A stretch of 64,000 nt of DNA from Rhodothermales bacterium (GTDB taxonomy: Bacteria > Bacteroidota > Rhodothermia > Rhodothermales > VXPQ01): positions 1 through 64,000 of the forward strand of contig JBBDTI010000072.1 of assembly GCA_040904565.1 (NCBI GenBank). The letters run 5' to 3'. Every line of letters begins with the position of its first letter. Within the stretch, counting starts at the first letter, position 1. Positions 55,257 through 64,000 of the stretch are shown piece by piece. The position numbers were made by a program, and so were the translations under genes. The notes below the pieces were generated by a model. That model did not search any database, was not told the origin of the DNA, and saw only the letters and a program-made list of their open reading frames with translations.

Positions 55257-56520
55257 CGGCCTGTCCGAGTAGCGTTTGATAGCGCACCATGGCGTAGCGT
55301 AGCTCGATCTCGTGGCGCCGGCTATCCAGCGCGGCGCGATGTTCGGCATGCCGTTCCGTGACGTATTCCGTGGCTGAGATGACGCCGTTCTCGAATCGAC
55401 GCGCCGCGCGCTCGGCAATCCGCGTTCGAAGCGACTCGATCTCGACATCGCGTTCTACCAGCGCACGCAGCCGCTCCACCTCCTGCCACGCCCGCTCGGC
55501 AGAAGCTTGCACGCGTTGCACGAAGGCGTCTTCCTGGGCATCGACTGCGTCCTCCTGCAGCCCGATCACCTGCCGGTCGCGGTCGGCCGAACGCCAGTCC
55601 CACACGGACCACGACAGCCGTACGCCCATGGAAAAGTACGGGCTCAAGGCATCCTCGAAGATGTCCATCCCCGCCGGGCGCCCATACGCTCCCGTAGCGA
55701 AGGCGCCGATGGTCGGCTGCGCCCGGCGCCGGATCTGCTCCCGCTGCAGGGTAAGACGCTTCCTGCGCGTCTCGAACACCGTGAATTGCGGGTGGTCCGC
55801 CACGACTTCCGGAACGGACGCGTCGACGTCCGGCACGACGAGGGTCACGTCGTCGGACAGATTCAATCCCGTTAGAACGGATAGCGCCGCCAGGGCTCCG
55901 CGCCGGGTCTGCTCCGCCGTCTCGATCCGCTGATCCACGCTCAGCAGCTCCACGTCGAGCACGTCGAGGGCCTCGCCGGATACTACCCCCTGGTCGATCC
56001 GCGCCAGGATGGCGGCGCGGCGCGCCTGGAGTTCATCGCGCAGGACGCCGAGCGTGGCGGCCACCTCGCGCTGGATCAGCGCCCCGAAGAAGACGTCGTT
56101 GATATGCGTCTTTAGTTCGTGCAGCGCCACGCCCACCTCCCCTTCCGTAGCCCGAACGGAGGTCTCCGCCAGACGGCGCGCCGTTCTGCCGAATCCTCCG
56201 TCGTAGATCACCTGGTTCACGTGCAGGGCTGCCGTGTACTGATCGTGCGGGATGCCCGGGATCTGCGCTCCGGGCAGATCCACGGGAAGCTCGGGAACGG
56301 ACGAATGATAGACGCCTCGTCCCTCCAGCATGACGTCCGGCCGGTACCGAGCGTCGATATTCCGGATCTCGAGCTCAGCGATACGCTCGGCAAGGTCTGT
56401 GCGCCGCGCCGTCGGAAAATGTCGTTCGGCCGACTTGTAGCAGGTCGCAAGATCCACCGTATCGGGCGGCAGGTATCCGCCCGTCGTCAGGAGTGCGATA
56501 AGTATCGTCATCAAGGTCAT
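55243..56520 (-). CDS. TolC family outer membrane protein
   Basis: QVIYDGG, LSWSVWDW, RFENGVIS repeats; signal peptide. Confidence 0.88.
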   Translation of the reverse strand: MTLMTILIALLTTGGYLPPDTVDLATCYKSAERHFPTARRTDLAERIAELEIRNIDARYRPDVMLEGRGVYHSSVPELPVDLPGAQIPGIPHDQYTAALHVNQVIYDGGFGRTARRLAETSVRATEGEVGVALHELKTHINDVFFGALIQREVAATLGVLRDELQARRAAILARIDQGVVSGEALDVLDVELLSVDQRIETAEQTRRGALAALSVLTGLNLSDDVTLVVPDVDASVPEVVADHPQFTVFETRRKRLTLQREQIRRRAQPTIGAFATGAYGRPAGMDIFEDALSPYFSMGVRLSWSVWDWRSADRDRQVIGLQEDAVDAQEDAFVQRVQASAERAWQEVERLRALVERDVEIESLRTRIAERAARRFENGVISATEYVTERHAEHRAALDSRRHEIELRYAMVRYQTLLGQADEYR

Positions 56521-56571
56521 GATCTCGGACGCGGACGCAGCGCGATGCCGCCGTCGGTATGGGCACGTCTA

Positions 56572-57198
56572 TCAGGTGGGCTTCAGTGCATGCAGAATGA
56601 AGTCGGTGACCACCTCCTTTCGTTCCTCGATGAACGCATCGTAGGCGGTCTCGTCCAGTCCCGTCACCGTTTCGAGCATGGGCCGGGCGATGAAAGGAAA
56701 GACGCAGAGACCGATCAGGTTGGCGAGGAGATGCTCGGGCTTGATGGGGCGGATCTCCCCGCGATCGACGGCGGCATCGACCTCCCCGCTCAACTGATCG
56801 AACACTCCCGCGGCCTGCTGCCCGATGAATCGCCGCAGTCGACCCGGATTACGGCGCAGTTCCTGGATGATGAATCCCGGCACGTGCGGATGCTTCGACA
56901 GCAGGTCGATGTACGCATGAACGATCTGGGCAATCTTTTCCGGGACGCCGGCATCGGATCGCACGATGCCGAGGATGGTCGGCAGGACTTTCATCGCTGA
57001 GACGCGAAAGACGGCCTCGAAAAGCTTCTCCTTGCTCCGGTAATAGTAGTGGAGCATGGCCTTGTTGATGCCCGCACGATCCGCAATCTCCTGCATCCGC
57101 GCGCCCTCGTAGCCTTGAACGTGGAACACGTCACGAGCGGCCTCGAAGATCTTCCGCTCCGCCTCCGACTGCTCGCCCATGGGTACAGGTTCGGTCAT
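56572..57198 (-). CDS. TetR/AcrR family regulator
   Basis: KIFEAARDVF..GYEGARMQEIADRAGINKAMLHYYYRSKEKLF. Confidence 0.93.
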   Translation of the reverse strand: MTEPVPMGEQSEAERKIFEAARDVFHVQGYEGARMQEIADRAGINKAMLHYYYRSKEKLFEAVFRVSAMKVLPTILGIVRSDAGVPEKIAQIVHAYIDLLSKHPHVPGFIIQELRRNPGRLRRFIGQQAAGVFDQLSGEVDAAVDRGEIRPIKPEHLLANLIGLCVFPFIARPMLETVTGLDETAYDAFIEERKEVVTDFILHALKPT

Positions 57199-57298
57199 GC
57201 TTGCCGGCCCACTCCTGGTTAGCCTCGTGCCACCCCCCGGTAGCCACTCGATCTTCTCCGCCGTTTATCGCGGCTCATACCAACAACGTACGTAATGC

Positions 57299-57336
57299 AA
57301 CCATACGGTTCAACCATTTAGTTAAATCGGGTGGTT
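57299..57336. promoter_or_regulatory. Triple TetR-type operator array
   Basis: AACC-ATAC-GGTT, AACC-ATTT-AGTT, AATC-GGGT-GGTT at 57299, 57312, 57325 (13-bp period). Confidence 0.7.
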
Positions 57337-57502
57337 AGGACATCGCCGCTCGCGGATTCCATGGCCGCGGATGCGTCGTCGCGGATGCGTCGTCGCTGAT
57401 GTCGTGGCCTGCGAACGTGCGCGGAGTCCCGAAACTCTTCACCCCCTACGCTCTTACCTTAGAGCGCAATGTTGCACGAACCAAGAAATCTACCGTACAC
57501 CT

Positions 57503-58480
57503 ATGAGAACGAAAGCGCTGGGACGAACCGGTGAAGAGCTTACGACGATCGGCCTCGGCACGTGGGCGATCGGAGGTGGAGACTGGAAATATGGTTGGGG
57601 ACCGCAGGACGACAGGAAGTCTATCGCGGCGATCCGCGAGGCGCTCGATCTCGGCGTCAACTGGATCGACACGGCACGCGTTTACGGCCTCGGGCACGCG
57701 GAAGGGGTGGTGGGGGAAGCCATCAAAGACCGACGGGATGACATCTTCCTCGCCACAAAATGCGGCCGCCACTGGCGTGACGACGGTACGATCTACGGAA
57801 ACCTGAGTGCCGAAAGCGTTCGGGAAGAGTGTGAGTCGAGCCTCCGCCGCCTCAACGTCGACGTGATTGACATGTATCAGATCCACTGGCCCGACCCCGA
57901 CGAAGACATCGAGGAGGGCTGGACCGAGATCGCGCGTCTTATCGACGAGGGAAAGGTCCGATACGGAGGCGTCTCCAACTTCAACGTGAGCCAGCTGAAG
58001 CGCATCCAGGCGATACATCCGGTCGCGTCGCTGCAGCCGCCGTACAATATGCTCGAACGGGACGTCGAGGCAGAAATACTCCCGTACTGCGCGGCACAAG
58101 GAATCGGCGTGGTCGCCTACAGCCCCATGATGTCGGGCCTGCTTACCGGCAAGTTCTCGCAGGAGTACCTTAATCATCTCGACGAAAGCGACTGGCGGCA
58201 CGGCAACAAGCATTTTCAGGAGCCCGCTTTCGGGGCCAATCTCGAATTCGTCGAACGGCTCCGGCCGATCGCGAACCGCAGCGACATCTCCTTGCCGCAG
58301 CTGGCCATTGCCTGGGTACTGAACCGCCCCGAAATAACGTCGGCGATAGTGGGCGCGCGCCGACCGGATCAGATCGAGGAGACCGCCGCCGCGGGCGACG
58401 TCGTGCTCTCCGTCGACGACGTGCAGGCCATCGAGAAACTGCTCGCATGGCGCGAAGAAAGCGTAAGCGCAGCGACCTGA
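57503..58480 (+). CDS. Aldo/keto reductase
   Basis: IGLGTWAIGG, IDTARVYG, LATKCG, YQIHWP, GVSNF, LQPPYN, YSPM.SGLLTGK. Confidence 0.94.
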   Translation: MRTKALGRTGEELTTIGLGTWAIGGGDWKYGWGPQDDRKSIAAIREALDLGVNWIDTARVYGLGHAEGVVGEAIKDRRDDIFLATKCGRHWRDDGTIYGNLSAESVREECESSLRRLNVDVIDMYQIHWPDPDEDIEEGWTEIARLIDEGKVRYGGVSNFNVSQLKRIQAIHPVASLQPPYNMLERDVEAEILPYCAAQGIGVVAYSPMMSGLLTGKFSQEYLNHLDESDWRHGNKHFQEPAFGANLEFVERLRPIANRSDISLPQLAIAWVLNRPEITSAIVGARRPDQIEETAAAGDVVLSVDDVQAIEKLLAWREESVSAAT

Positions 58481-58548
58481 CGCCTTCGAACGTCTGAAGC
58501 CATTCCCTCGTAGAACGCTGGTCGTTTTTCCATGCATCCCTTACTTGC

Positions 58549-59745
58549 ATGACGCGTTTTTCTCTCACGTACTTCGTCGTATTCGCCGTGCTGACGGCCG
58601 CCGGATGTTCGGCACCTCAGCCCTCCGATCCATCCCCCGAGCCGGCAATCCCGCAAGAGCCGACGCCTTCGCCGCAGTTTGATTTTCTTGCCGTCACCGA
58701 AGACGGATTGGTCCTGCTGGATGATCTCACCTCCTCCCCTCGGCACATCGCGGACGGCATATGGCAGCGCCGGTTCGTTTCACGATCTCCGTCGGGAAAT
58801 GAGGCCGTAATTGCCTTCCGGGACGGCGATTCGACCCGCCTGGCACGCGTGCACGTCGATGAGGGCCGTCTGCGTCGTCTTCATGCGTCCACGGGCGACG
58901 TGGAATACACCGCGGCCTGGGCGCCCGACGCGGAGCGTGTGCTGTTCGGATATCGTTCGTCCGGCTCCGGTGACGTGGCGATCTCCACACCCGACGGCCT
59001 CGTCGATCCGGGCTGCTCGTCCTCTACGGTCGCAGCGCACTGGCCCGACGCCGACCGCCTCGTCACGGGCGACGGCTCGAATCGGTACGTCGTCTCGGCG
59101 GACGGCTGTTCCACGTTCGCTAGCGTGGACGTACGAAAGATGCATCACCTTACGTATCCGACGGGCGGCCGGAAGATGGCATACATCTTTCGGGATCTGG
59201 TCTACGACCGAGAGAACCGAAGCTACGTCCCCGACTCCACCCTGTTTATCGCCGACCTCGACGGATCGAATGCCGAGGAATTGTTCGACGATGCCTACAA
59301 GCCGCGGCATCTCGCGTGGTCCCCGGATGGATCGACGCTGGCCTTCGACGTTCGACTGCAGGAGGCCCCTAATCGGCGTCGCATCGTTTTGAAGGAGCTT
59401 GACGCCGAGTTTACGTACCTCATCGCGCCAACCGACTTCGCGGACGCCGATGTGGAACGGCCCGTCTGGTCGCCGTCCGGGCGGCACGTTGCATTCGACC
59501 TCGTCGAGGACGGCAGCGTATCGAAGGCCGTTCGCTCGTTTGGAGGCACCGACGTGCTGACGACGTCCGCCGATTCCACATGGGGATGGGTCGACGACGA
59601 AACCCTCATCGTCGTTACAGACGACGACTCGCTTCGTGGGTTCTCGATCGACGGTGAAGAACGCTTTACGCTGGCCCCGGAGACTGCTCTCATTCTCGCC
59701 CGCGGCCGGGACGTTCCCGGGGCGCGTTCGAGTCCGTCCGAGTAA
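58549..59745 (+). CDS. TolB-like beta-propeller lipoprotein
   Basis: Lipobox AAGC; repeated WAPD / WSPDG / WSPSG motifs. Confidence 0.75.
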   Translation: MTRFSLTYFVVFAVLTAAGCSAPQPSDPSPEPAIPQEPTPSPQFDFLAVTEDGLVLLDDLTSSPRHIADGIWQRRFVSRSPSGNEAVIAFRDGDSTRLARVHVDEGRLRRLHASTGDVEYTAAWAPDAERVLFGYRSSGSGDVAISTPDGLVDPGCSSSTVAAHWPDADRLVTGDGSNRYVVSADGCSTFASVDVRKMHHLTYPTGGRKMAYIFRDLVYDRENRSYVPDSTLFIADLDGSNAEELFDDAYKPRHLAWSPDGSTLAFDVRLQEAPNRRRIVLKELDAEFTYLIAPTDFADADVERPVWSPSGRHVAFDLVEDGSVSKAVRSFGGTDVLTTSADSTWGWVDDETLIVVTDDDSLRGFSIDGEERFTLAPETALILARGRDVPGARSSPSE

Positions 59746-59834
59746 GTCGACCGGTACGTCCTGCGCCGAAGTCCGATAAAGTTAGCACGTCAGGCGCCGA
59801 TACGTTCGGAAATGCTTCCTCCGAACGTTCCTGC

Positions 59835-61778
59835 GTGATGACCGAACAAATACCCTCTTCCTCGAACGGTACGGTGCCGAACGATTCAGCGCTGTTCCAG
59901 GGTATCTACGACGCATTGCCGGACCCGACCGTACTGACCGATACGGATCGTCGAATCCGGCTCGTGAATATCGCCTTCGACAGGCTGTTCGGCCGGCACA
60001 GGGCGGACGTGATCGGACGCTCCGTGGAGGATCTGTTTGTCGAGGCATTGAACGATACGGATGACCGTGAGACGTTCGACCGGACGTGTCGATCCGGCGA
60101 CGACGAAACGTTTTGTGGCCGGGTTTCCGTTTCGGAGGTCTTGTCAGGATCGGAACCGGTAGGATTCCTCTATCACATCCGCGACATTTCGATCGATCTC
60201 GACACGACGGACGCCCTGCTGAAGGCAAAGAACGACGCCGAGCTCGCCGTTCGCACGCAGAGCGAGCTGCTGGCCAAAATAAGCCACGAGATACGTACGC
60301 CGATGAACGGTGTCGTGGGAATGACGGAGCTCATGCTCAACTCGTCTCTCTCGCACGCTCAGCGTGAGTATGCCGAGTCGATCTTCGATTCCAGCGAATC
60401 GCTCCTGAAGCTGGTCAATGACCTCCTCGATCTTTCAAAGATCGAAGCGGGCAAGATGGAGCTCGAATCCACCCCCTTCGACCTGTACCGCCTCGCCGGC
60501 CAGGTCGTAGAGCTCTTCGCGCCGCAGGCCGACGCGAAGGGCATCCGTATCGGCTACGACGTAGATCCCGCCCTACCGCCGGAGGTAATAGGAGACTCCC
60601 TGAGACTCCGACAGGTGATAACGAACCTCGTCAGCAACGCCGTCAAGTTCACGGAGGAAGGAGAGGTCATCACGCGCGTCGCGCTAAACGCCGCCGTCGA
60701 TGGCACCGCCTCGATCGGCATTAGCGTTTCCGACACGGGCATCGGCATCGCTGAAAGTGAAATGCACCGCCTGTTTGAAGCCTTCGGACAGGCATCCGAC
60801 TCCACCGCACGTCACTACGGCGGTACGGGACTCGGCCTGGCCATTTCCAGACAACTCGTCGAGCTCATGGGCGGCTCACTCGACGTCCGAAGTGCGCCGG
60901 GCGGAGGTTCGACGTTCGAATTCGAGATCGAACTCGGAGCCGGCGGATCGGTACCGGATCGACCTGACGACGAGCAGGCCCTCGCCGACCTCTCCGTCCT
61001 CCTGGTCGACGGCAGCGATTCGCTTCGAGCCATCGTCGCCTCGTATCTCCGTAGATGGCAGATAGACGTGCACGAAGCCCGGGATGCATCGGACGCCGTC
61101 CGATCTCTCGCCCTGCGGCGCTACGATGCCGCGCTGATCAGCAACGAGCTGGAGGATATGTCGGGGTTGGCGCTGGCCGAACAACTCCAATCTGTCCGCG
61201 AGCGCGACGGGCTCAAGTTTATCCTCATGGCGTGCTTCAAGGACCGCGTCCTCACGGACGACCTTCTGGGTGCCGGATTCGACGCATGCCTCGCGCAACC
61301 CGTCTGGCCGCACCGCCTCCGGTCGGCCCTGACCACAGCCCTCGGTGAAACGCAATCTGTAGCGGACGCGGACACCGCTGCGACGTCCACGGCGCCTCCA
61401 GGCAGCCGCGTCCTCCTGGTGGAAGACAACGCCGTCAACCAGCGCGTCGCGTGTGCCCTGTTGGAGCGGCTCGGCTACGAGTACGAAGTCGCCGACGACG
61501 GCCAGTCGGCCCTTGGCGCCCTCGAAACGGGGCGGTTCGATGTGGTGCTGATGGACTGCCAGATGCCGCAGATGAACGGATTCGAAACCACGCAGCGCAT
61601 TCGCGAGCTGACGGGCGAGCGATCGCGGGTGCCCATTATCGCTCTGACGGCAAACGCCATGAAAAACGACAGGGAACGCTGCCTCAAAGCCGGCATGAAC
61701 GACTATCTCACGAAGCCCTTCAATTCCACGTCACTGAAGGAAACCCTGGATCGTTGGATTGCAGAGCACAGGCCCTGA
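59835..61778 (+). CDS. Cytoplasmic hybrid histidine kinase (PAS-HisKA-HATPase-REC-REC)
   Basis: ISHEIRTPMNG, NLVSNAVKFT, DTGIGI, GGTGLGL, LMDCQMP; first REC looks degenerate. Confidence 0.93.
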   Translation: MMTEQIPSSSNGTVPNDSALFQGIYDALPDPTVLTDTDRRIRLVNIAFDRLFGRHRADVIGRSVEDLFVEALNDTDDRETFDRTCRSGDDETFCGRVSVSEVLSGSEPVGFLYHIRDISIDLDTTDALLKAKNDAELAVRTQSELLAKISHEIRTPMNGVVGMTELMLNSSLSHAQREYAESIFDSSESLLKLVNDLLDLSKIEAGKMELESTPFDLYRLAGQVVELFAPQADAKGIRIGYDVDPALPPEVIGDSLRLRQVITNLVSNAVKFTEEGEVITRVALNAAVDGTASIGISVSDTGIGIAESEMHRLFEAFGQASDSTARHYGGTGLGLAISRQLVELMGGSLDVRSAPGGGSTFEFEIELGAGGSVPDRPDDEQALADLSVLLVDGSDSLRAIVASYLRRWQIDVHEARDASDAVRSLALRRYDAALISNELEDMSGLALAEQLQSVRERDGLKFILMACFKDRVLTDDLLGAGFDACLAQPVWPHRLRSALTTALGETQSVADADTAATSTAPPGSRVLLVEDNAVNQRVACALLERLGYEYEVADDGQSALGALETGRFDVVLMDCQMPQMNGFETTQRIRELTGERSRVPIIALTANAMKNDRERCLKAGMNDYLTKPFNSTSLKETLDRWIAEHRP

Positions 61779-61902
61779 TGCACGCGACCACTTGCCCCGG
61801 TACGCACTGCCGCCCGAATCTACTTGCACAATTCGTCGCGTTGCCCTACCTAATAGACGAATCAACCTCGATCAAATCCTGACTCACTGCTTGCAGGCGA
61901 CC

Positions 61903-61933
61903 AAGCCTCGCACGTCCGACGTGCGAGGCTTTC
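61903..61933. terminator. Hairpin terminator between convergent genes
   Basis: Perfect 13-bp stem AAGCCTCGCACGT / ACGTGCGAGGCTT. Confidence 0.7.
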
Positions 61934-61945
61934 GTCTATCTGCGA

Positions 61946-64000
61946 TCAGAGCGCATCGTTCGTCACGTAGCGTGTGTGGTACTCCCGCCAGTCGTCCGCA
62001 TGCCGGCGGTAGACCGGATCGTCTTCCAGGGGACCGCGCGGACGATCGTAGCCGGGCATATCTTGAGCCGGCAGGGGCAGTACGGTATCGGAATACTTCG
62101 TATTGTAGTCGCCGTCCTTGACCCAGCCGTCGCCGATCAGCACGTAATCGCGCGTCCAGCCCGGGGGAGGATCGTCCGGGGCTTCAAATTCGAAACGCAG
62201 TTCGTCACCGGCATTCATGATCACGTACCGGTCGTCGACCGTCTGGAGAAGCTCGCGCACGTCGCCGAAGCGGGTATAGTACCCCTCAAGATCCTGCCAC
62301 ACCTGTGCGGTCGACGCCAGCTCGTCGTATACCGGTACTTCCGGATGCGTCCGATCCGGCTCCACGACAGCCGAGTAACCTCGGTAGGCGAGTTCGGCCC
62401 TGGATGCTTCCAGCCGCGTCGTCCGAAGCTCGGCACCCGGACGCGCAACCGCCCACGAGATGGCATCCCAGTAGATCTCAAGGTTCGTCGTCAACCGTAC
62501 GACCTGTTCGGCCGGAAACACGTCCGTGAGATCGACGACTATCGTCTTGTGCTTCCCGGCCGGGAATCCCAGATTCGGATAGACGGTCGTCCACCCTCCG
62601 CGGCCGTCCGGTACCTCGAGATGGAGTCCAGCCGGCGGTGCGTGACTGCCCTGGGCCAGCGCCACGTTGATCGAGCTGTCGGTCGGACGGATCCAGCCCG
62701 ACGCCAGGAGCCGAAGCGGTTGGTCCGAAGGGGCATCCGTCAGATCGACCTCTATCGAGTGCTCCTCGGCGATGCCCTGGTACTGGCCCTTCTCGAACGC
62801 GGCGAGATAGCGCGCGTCTTCGGACGCGACGAGGTCCGTGACGTCGCGTCCGGCGTCGTCCGTTACACGGGAGACCGGTACGGGCTCACCGGTTACGTGC
62901 ACGTCCAGCTCGGGAGGCGGAAACGCGAAGCGCTCGTCGACGAAGATGTCCGTACCTATCGGATGGTCGACGACCATAAGCGATACGTGATCGAAGAAGT
63001 GCGTCTCCCAGAGTTCGGCCGTGATACGGAGGTCGTAGGCACCGTCCTTCGGAACGAGCTGGTCGCCGCCGATCTTTACCCAATCTTCGGTCATCATGAC
63101 CCCGGCCGTTTCCTGGGCATTGATGGCCAATCCGAGCGGCGACCGCCAAATGAAATCCGTAACGAAGCTCATGCCCTCACCGTCGTAGGCAAACAGCCAT
63201 GGACACGACCCTTTGAGTCGCTGCCTGGTCTCCACCGTTTCGCTCGCCGAGAGGTCGAATTCCGCCTGGATGTCGCCGTTCGGCCACACGATCCGAGCGA
63301 CCTCCACGGCGTCGCGCTCCCCCAGACCGAAGTGCACGGTGGGCTGCGTAATGGGCTGTTTCTGATAGAGGAGGCCGGACCGCACCTCGATTTCGCCGCC
63401 GATGCCGAACGGGTTGATACGCTGATCGCCCGTCGCGTCAGCGGCGAGCGGACGCACGCTGGCCGAGCGATAGTCCAGTGAGCCGGTATTGTCGAGGCGC
63501 ACGGCCGCCGCGCCGGCGGCCGTTCCCACGAGATCCAGGCGTCCGTCCCCCGTCATGTCGGCGAGCGAATACACATCCGCCTCCAGTTCGGAGTCCGTCT
63601 GCGTGAAGACGCTGTCGGCGCCGCTCAGAAAGATCGCTGCTCGTCCGCCCGCCGAGGCCAGCACATCCAGCCCCCCGTTGTTATCCAGATCCATGGCGAA
63701 GAGCCTGGCCGGGGCATCGGACTCGAGATCCCAATTCGCGACCGTCTCGGCGGCTTCCTGCGTCGCACCGACCGCCTGTTGATGCCGTACCACCTCGCCG
63801 TCGGCACGGAGCATGACGAGTTCGAAGATGCCGTCGGCGTTCAGATCCGCCGCGGTGATCGCCCGCACCTGATTATCGATCTCGCGGTGCGAGAATCCTT
63901 CCGACCGATCGTTGCGGAAATAATGAACGCGCCCGGACGCATCGAGAAAGAAGGCGTCCGGATCCCCGTCCCGATCCATATCCGCCCACGCAAAGCCGCG
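61946..64000 (-). CDS. FG-GAP repeat / ASPIC-UnbV (CRTAC1-like) protein, 5' part outside the window
   Basis: DxDxDG repeats (DMDRDGD, DLNADG, DLDNNG, DMTGDG), GIGGEIEV..HFGLG..IVWPNG, KGSCPWLF. Confidence 0.85.
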   Translation of the reverse strand, partial: RGFAWADMDRDGDPDAFFLDASGRVHYFRNDRSEGFSHREIDNQVRAITAADLNADGIFELVMLRADGEVVRHQQAVGATQEAAETVANWDLESDAPARLFAMDLDNNGGLDVLASAGGRAAIFLSGADSVFTQTDSELEADVYSLADMTGDGRLDLVGTAAGAAAVRLDNTGSLDYRSASVRPLAADATGDQRINPFGIGGEIEVRSGLLYQKQPITQPTVHFGLGERDAVEVARIVWPNGDIQAEFDLSASETVETRQRLKGSCPWLFAYDGEGMSFVTDFIWRSPLGLAINAQETAGVMMTEDWVKIGGDQLVPKDGAYDLRITAELWETHFFDHVSLMVVDHPIGTDIFVDERFAFPPPELDVHVTGEPVPVSRVTDDAGRDVTDLVASEDARYLAAFEKGQYQGIAEEHSIEVDLTDAPSDQPLRLLASGWIRPTDSSINVALAQGSHAPPAGLHLEVPDGRGGWTTVYPNLGFPAGKHKTIVVDLTDVFPAEQVVRLTTNLEIYWDAISWAVARPGAELRTTRLEASRAELAYRGYSAVVEPDRTHPEVPVYDELASTAQVWQDLEGYYTRFGDVRELLQTVDDRYVIMNAGDELRFEFEAPDDPPPGWTRDYVLIGDGWVKDGDYNTKYSDTVLPLPAQDMPGYDRPRGPLEDDPVYRRHADDWREYHTRYVTNDAL

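Noticed and set aside
50438-57198. ABC efflux operon as the missing cyclic glucan exporter
   Set aside because: It is an ordinary YbhGFSR-like ABC-2/HlyD/TolC system 30 kb away under its own TetR, not a Cgt/NdvA-type fused exporter.
57367-57394. 14-bp tandem duplication GCGGATGCGTCGTC x2
   Set aside because: Only two copies with no spacers; most likely a slippage duplication.

Overview
High-GC bacterial chromosomal window, most likely Rhodothermota/Rhodothermales (inferred from the region-1.1-less RpoD-type sigma factor and the gene content). It opens with the 3' part of tRNA-Asn(GTT). The tRNA's last 17 bp and a decayed copy of its terminator recur at 8356-8408, delimiting an about 8.3 kb integrase-less, decaying island. 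The island holds many gene remnants, an intact membrane-protein pair and an intact blue-copper/DUF6797-like propeller/GH-like operon. From 29.2 kb down to 11.9 kb a co-directional minus-strand block encodes a CheB-CheR-PAS-histidine kinase, two response regulators, an MlaE/MlaF/MlaD/PqiC (MCE) transporter and a full-length cyclic beta-1,2-glucan synthase, with no Cgt-type exporter beside it. The rest is mostly housekeeping or stress genes: sigma70-tex, fbp, YbhB, a polymerase-less PolX-like HhH protein, a DUF1858/ArsR-rhodanese/desaturase operon, CDP-alcohol transferase plus SSS symporter, FKBP, MetE-like, galM, msrA, a TetR-TolC-HlyD-ABC efflux operon, AKR, a hybrid kinase and a partial ASPIC/UnbV protein. 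Two unannotated 70-77 aa ORFs 34 kb apart align with each other and appear to define a small protein family. No CRISPR array, rRNA, integrase or transposase was seen. All product calls are from motif recognition by eye; no searches were run.
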